Source: Candidatus Nanopelagicales bacterium (lineage in GTDB: Bacteria > Actinomycetota > Actinomycetes > S36-B12). Taken from it: a DNA stretch of 64,000 nt. The stretch spans positions 10,143 to 74,142 of the forward strand of contig JAFMHB010000005.1 in NCBI GenBank assembly GCA_017854795.1, read 5' to 3'. Numbering within the stretch: position 1 is the stretch's first letter; each line of letters begins with the position of its first letter. The notes beneath the pieces were generated by a model that made no database searches, was not told the DNA's origin, and saw only the letters and a list, made by a program, of their open reading frames with translations. Below, in pieces: positions 60,426 through 64,000 of this stretch. The translations under genes and the position numbers were made by a program.

Positions 60426-61178
60426 TCACTTTCCTAATGGCAAAACATTTTCTAGACCCACAACGACACCGTCAATGTGACTAATTTCTTTAATGGCAAT
60501 TAGGACACCTTGCATGAATGACTCCCGATTGAGTGAGTCATGTTTTATCGTGAGCGTCTCACCTACACCACCAAAGACAACTTCCTGATGCGCCACTAAC
60601 CCGCGTAATCGAACTGAGTGAATGGGGATTCCGCCTACCAGCGTTCCACGAGCGCCCATGTCTTCCTGCTGGGTTGCGTCCTGGCCCGGGGCCATATTTT
60701 GTCGCGCAGACGCAATTACCTCCGCCGTGAATCGAGCTGTCCCTGAAGGTGCATCCACTTTCTCCGGGTGATGCGATTCAATGATTTCAACTGATTCAAA
60801 ATATGGCGCAGCAATACCTGCTAGAGCGATCATCAGCACTGCACCCATACTAAAATTTGGAGCAATTAGCACCCGAGAGTTTGTGCGCTGACTTGCCCAT
60901 AGCGACAGGGTTTCAATTCTTTCCGGAGTGAACCCTGATGTTCCCACAACAGCATCGATTCCATGCTTAATACAAAAAGCGAGAGTGTCCATAACTACAT
61001 GTGGATTCGTGAAATCAACCACTACTTCACATCGAGCCCTAGTGAGTTCTTCCAGTGAATCGTCAACATCTATCGCGGCGACTAGTTCACACTGAGAGTC
61101 TGCCTCCACGGCAGCAACAGTTCTGGCGCCCATTTTTCCATTCGCCCCGATCACACCTACTCGGATCATTTTGCCCAT
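60426..61178 (-). CDS. dapB: 4-hydroxy-tetrahydrodipicolinate reductase
   Basis: It has the motifs IRVGVIGANGKMG, DFTNP, VVGTSGF, IAPNFSMG and ESHHPEKVDAPSGTA. Confidence 0.92.
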   Translation of the reverse strand: MGKMIRVGVIGANGKMGARTVAAVEADSQCELVAAIDVDDSLEELTRARCEVVVDFTNPHVVMDTLAFCIKHGIDAVVGTSGFTPERIETLSLWASQRTNSRVLIAPNFSMGAVLMIALAGIAAPYFESVEIIESHHPEKVDAPSGTARFTAEVIASARQNMAPGQDATQQEDMGARGTLVGGIPIHSVRLRGLVAHQEVVFGGVGETLTIKHDSLNRESFMQGVLIAIKEISHIDGVVVGLENVLPLGK

Positions 61179-61189
61179 CTTTGTCCTTT

Positions 61190-62527
61190 CTATGAGCGCA
61201 GATTCGAAAGTTGTGTCACAAAACCTCTGTGAACTGGCAACTTCTTGTAGGGACCTATAACGCTCATTGCCAATGGATTAGCAAGAAATTCCTGAGCCAA
61301 AGCATTCACATCACCCGAATCAACCCTGTCAACACTACTGAGAACCTCTTGAACTGGAATCAACTCTTCGCCGTAGAGTTCCGCTTTTGCTATTCGGCTC
61401 ATGCGGGCACCCGTATCTTCCTGACCCAGCACTGTTCCACCCTTAACTTGGCCTTTGGCTCTTTGCAATTCAAGCGGTGTCACACCGGTGTTCACCAACT
61501 CCGCCAGTTCAGATTGGCATACTTCAAGAACCTGATCAAGTTTTGTGGGAATACAACCAGCATAAATTCCAAAAATTCCCGAGTCGCGGAAACTCTGCGA
61601 ATAGGCGTAAACCGAATAGGCAAGCCCCCGTTGCTCACGCACGGCTTGAAAAAGTCGTGAACTCATGCCCCCGCCAAGAATCGTTGACAGTATCGCTCCC
61701 GTGAAACGACGGTCATCACCTCGCACAAGCCCATGAGTACCCATCACGACATGTGCCTGTTCGGTTTTGCGAGTATCCAATGAACTATTCGCAAACCCAA
61801 ATTTTTGTTTTGCCTTAGCCTGCCGACGTTGATTCGCAGAACCGCCGAGGTGCGTGCTTGGGCTACCGTCAAGGGCCTTGGCTACAAGTCGTACAGCACG
61901 AGCATGATCAACATCGCCCGCAATCGCAATGACCAAAGAGTCTGGTTGGTAAAACTTAGAATAGAAATTCACGATCGAGCGACGGGTAATTCCCAGAATA
62001 GTTTGTGCAGTTCCCAGGATTGGACGACCGAGCGCCGTATCGCCAAAAAGGGTTCGAGCGAATTGATCATGAACCAAATCGCTTGGGTCGTCGTCGACCA
62101 TAGCGATCTCTTCAAGAATAACCCCACGTTCGGCCTCAATATCTTCGCTCCGAAGTTGAGCATCGGTTACAACATCACACAAAACATCAATGGCAAGTGG
62201 CAGGTCAGCCGCCAAAACCTTGACGTAGTAACACGTGTGTTCCTTGCTGGTGAATGCGTTAATGTCGCCACCCACAGACTCTATTGAGGCAGAGATATCA
62301 AGTGCCGACCTCTTTGTGGTCCCTTTGAAAAGTAAGTGTTCGAGATAATGGGCGGCACCCGTGTGAGAACCTTTTTCATCGCGCGAGCCAGCATCAACCC
62401 AAATACCGATACTGGCCGAGTGCACCCCAGGAACCTTCTCAGTAATGACTCTAACCCCGCTGGGCAGGACGGATCGACGTACTACCGATCCATCCGACCC
62501 CGCCAGCAGAGTTTTAGTTTTTGCCAT
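61190..62527 (-). CDS. M16 family zinc metallopeptidase (insulinase/pitrilysin-like)
   Basis: 445 aa with the inverted zinc motif HYLEHLLFKG and a downstream E (LEE). Its ATG overlaps the pnp stop (TAATG). Confidence 0.85.
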   Translation of the reverse strand: MAKTKTLLAGSDGSVVRRSVLPSGVRVITEKVPGVHSASIGIWVDAGSRDEKGSHTGAAHYLEHLLFKGTTKRSALDISASIESVGGDINAFTSKEHTCYYVKVLAADLPLAIDVLCDVVTDAQLRSEDIEAERGVILEEIAMVDDDPSDLVHDQFARTLFGDTALGRPILGTAQTILGITRRSIVNFYSKFYQPDSLVIAIAGDVDHARAVRLVAKALDGSPSTHLGGSANQRRQAKAKQKFGFANSSLDTRKTEQAHVVMGTHGLVRGDDRRFTGAILSTILGGGMSSRLFQAVREQRGLAYSVYAYSQSFRDSGIFGIYAGCIPTKLDQVLEVCQSELAELVNTGVTPLELQRAKGQVKGGTVLGQEDTGARMSRIAKAELYGEELIPVQEVLSSVDRVDSGDVNALAQEFLANPLAMSVIGPYKKLPVHRGFVTQLSNLRS

Positions 62528-64000
62528 TATTCCGCCGCGTCAGCACCTTCAGCAGGAACCGCGATTAGCGACAGTTTTCCACGTGGATCAATTTCCTTGA
62601 TTTCAACCTGAATCTTGTCACCCACCTTGAGAACCTCTTCGACATTCTCAATGCGTCCCTTACCGGCAAATTTCTTAATTTCAGAAATATGCAGCAGTCC
62701 ATCTTTGCCAGGCACCAATGAGATGAAGGCTCCAAATGCTGCCGTTTTCACAACCGTTCCCAAGTAGCGCTCACCGACCTCAGGCATTGTTGGATTAGCG
62801 ATTTGATTAATCATATTTCGAGCCGCCTCGGCCGAAGGTCCGTCTACGGCGCCAATGTAAATGGTGCCGTCATCTTCGATGGTGATGTCAGCACCGGTCT
62901 CTTCCTGAATCTGATTAATGATCTTGCCTTTGGGCCCAATAACTTCACCGATCTTGTCAACAGGAACCGTCACCGAGATAACACGCGGTGCAGTAGCTGC
63001 CATTTCGTCAGGGACATCAATTGCTTCATTCATGACGTCCAAGATGGTGAAGCGCGCATCGCGAGCCTGTGTCAGTGCACCCTTGAGGACATCTGCGGGA
63101 ATACCGTCAAGTTTGGTGTCCAATTGTAGTGCGGTTACAAAGTTCCGAGTTCCGGCAACTTTGAAGTCCATGTCTCCGAAAGCATCTTCAGCGCCCAGAA
63201 TGTCCGTGAGAGCAACATACTTCTGCTTGCCGTCCACTATTCCCGAGATAAGTCCCATTGCGATTCCAGCGACTGGAGCCTTAAGTGGTACACCCGCATT
63301 CAGCAGAGACATTGTCGAGGCACAAACCGAACCCATTGATGTTGAGCCATTTGAACCCAATGCTTCGGACACTTGGCGAATCGCATAAGGAAACTCCTCG
63401 CGGGTGGGGAGTACTGGAACCAACGCACGCTCAGCGAGTGCACCGTGGCCAATTTCCCGACGTTTGGGCGAACCAACTCTGCCCGTCTCACCCGTTGAAT
63501 ATGGCGGGAAGTTGTAATTGTGCATGTAACGCTTGCGACTGTCTGGATTAAGAGTGTCGAGTTGCTGTTCCATGCGAAGCATGTTCAGTGTGGTGATTCC
63601 GAGAATCTGGGTCTCGCCACGTTCGAACAGTGCGGATCCATGAACCCGAGGAATTACATCGACTTCGGCAGAAAGCGTCCGGATGTCAGCCAGTCCACGG
63701 CCGTCGATGCGGACACCGTCCGTCAAGACGCGTTGGCGCACCGAGTTCTTGGTGACCGAGCGCAATGCTGCGCTGAGTTCCTTTTCGCGTCCCTCAAATT
63801 GTGAGCTCAAAGCTGCCTTTACATCGGCTTTGATTTCATCAAGGCGATCCTCGCGCTCGGCCTTGGAAAGAATCTCAAGAGCCTGTGAAACTGACGTGCC
63901 AGCAATTTCCTCAACGGCTGCATAGGCATCATCTTGGTATTCCAAGAAGACTGGGAAATCCGCGATTGGCTTAGCGGCGGTCTTCGCTAGTTCGCTTTGC
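62527..64000 (-). CDS. pnp: Polyribonucleotide nucleotidyltransferase (PNPase), partial with the N-terminus beyond the window
   Basis: It contains the second RNase PH domain ([29 protein letters not shown]), a KH domain ([18 protein letters not shown]) and an S1 domain ([27 protein letters not shown]). The frame stays open to position 64000. Confidence 0.92.
   Translation of the reverse strand, partial: QSELAKTAAKPIADFPVFLEYQDDAYAAVEEIAGTSVSQALEILSKAEREDRLDEIKADVKAALSSQFEGREKELSAALRSVTKNSVRQRVLTDGVRIDGRGLADIRTLSAEVDVIPRVHGSALFERGETQILGITTLNMLRMEQQLDTLNPDSRKRYMHNYNFPPYSTGETGRVGSPKRREIGHGALAERALVPVLPTREEFPYAIRQVSEALGSNGSTSMGSVCASTMSLLNAGVPLKAPVAGIAMGLISGIVDGKQKYVALTDILGAEDAFGDMDFKVAGTRNFVTALQLDTKLDGIPADVLKGALTQARDARFTILDVMNEAIDVPDEMAATAPRVISVTVPVDKIGEVIGPKGKIINQIQEETGADITIEDDGTIYIGAVDGPSAEAARNMINQIANPTMPEVGERYLGTVVKTAAFGAFISLVPGKDGLLHISEIKKFAGKGRIENVEEVLKVGDKIQVEIKEIDPRGKLSLIAVPAEGADAAE

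Noticed and set aside
1-64000. A search for mobile elements, CRISPR arrays, tRNA/rRNA genes, defence or toxin-antitoxin modules, and inteins in recA or nrdJ.
   Set aside because: I saw no transposase, integrase or recombinase motifs, no spaced direct-repeat arrays and no tRNA-like sequences in the intergenic regions. RecA (about 361 aa) and NrdJ (about 942 aa) have ordinary lengths with contiguous conserved motifs. The window reads as core chromosome.

Overview
This 64-kb window looks like core chromosome from an actinobacterium with about 50% GC. Gene content and order follow the conserved Actinomycetota backbone: sigA, metYX, nrdRJ, lexA, hflX, dapF, miaAB, recXA, clgR, pgsA, rimO, ftsK, rnj, dapA, thyX, dapB and pnp. 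Tight gene packing and many 1-4 nt overlaps suggest a streamlined genome, possibly a Microbacteriaceae-like aquatic lineage; this is inference only. I call about 60 CDS, most on the minus strand. I found no rRNA, tRNA, CRISPR array, transposase, integrase or prophage signal. Non-coding signals supported by the sequence are: a SAM-IV riboswitch upstream of metY-metX; three LexA (SOS) boxes, two between lexA and a chiZ-like LysM gene and one upstream of recA; a RecA-NDp/PafBC-type promoter motif upstream of recA; a phased CCTGTGGA direct-repeat array upstream of nrdR-nrdJ; and two stem-loop terminators. Gene-level oddities are a CPA1 Na+/H+ antiporter interrupted by a single in-frame TAG, a SepH (DUF3071) homologue that appears to lack its N-terminal segment, and a 36-nt in-frame tandem duplication in the sigma-70 N-terminal tail. 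Accessory insertions into the conserved backbone are an MMPL transporter, an MFS transporter, a GT4/PIG-L pair, AzlCD plus a GNAT, and a secreted Cys-rich protein. I see no convincing evidence for a new multi-gene system such as defence, toxin-antitoxin or biosynthetic genes. The least explained loci are the nrdR upstream repeat array, the orphan secreted Cys-rich protein and the small membrane proteins next to azlCD. All family assignments come from reading the translated ORFs from memory of conserved motifs. No database search was run.
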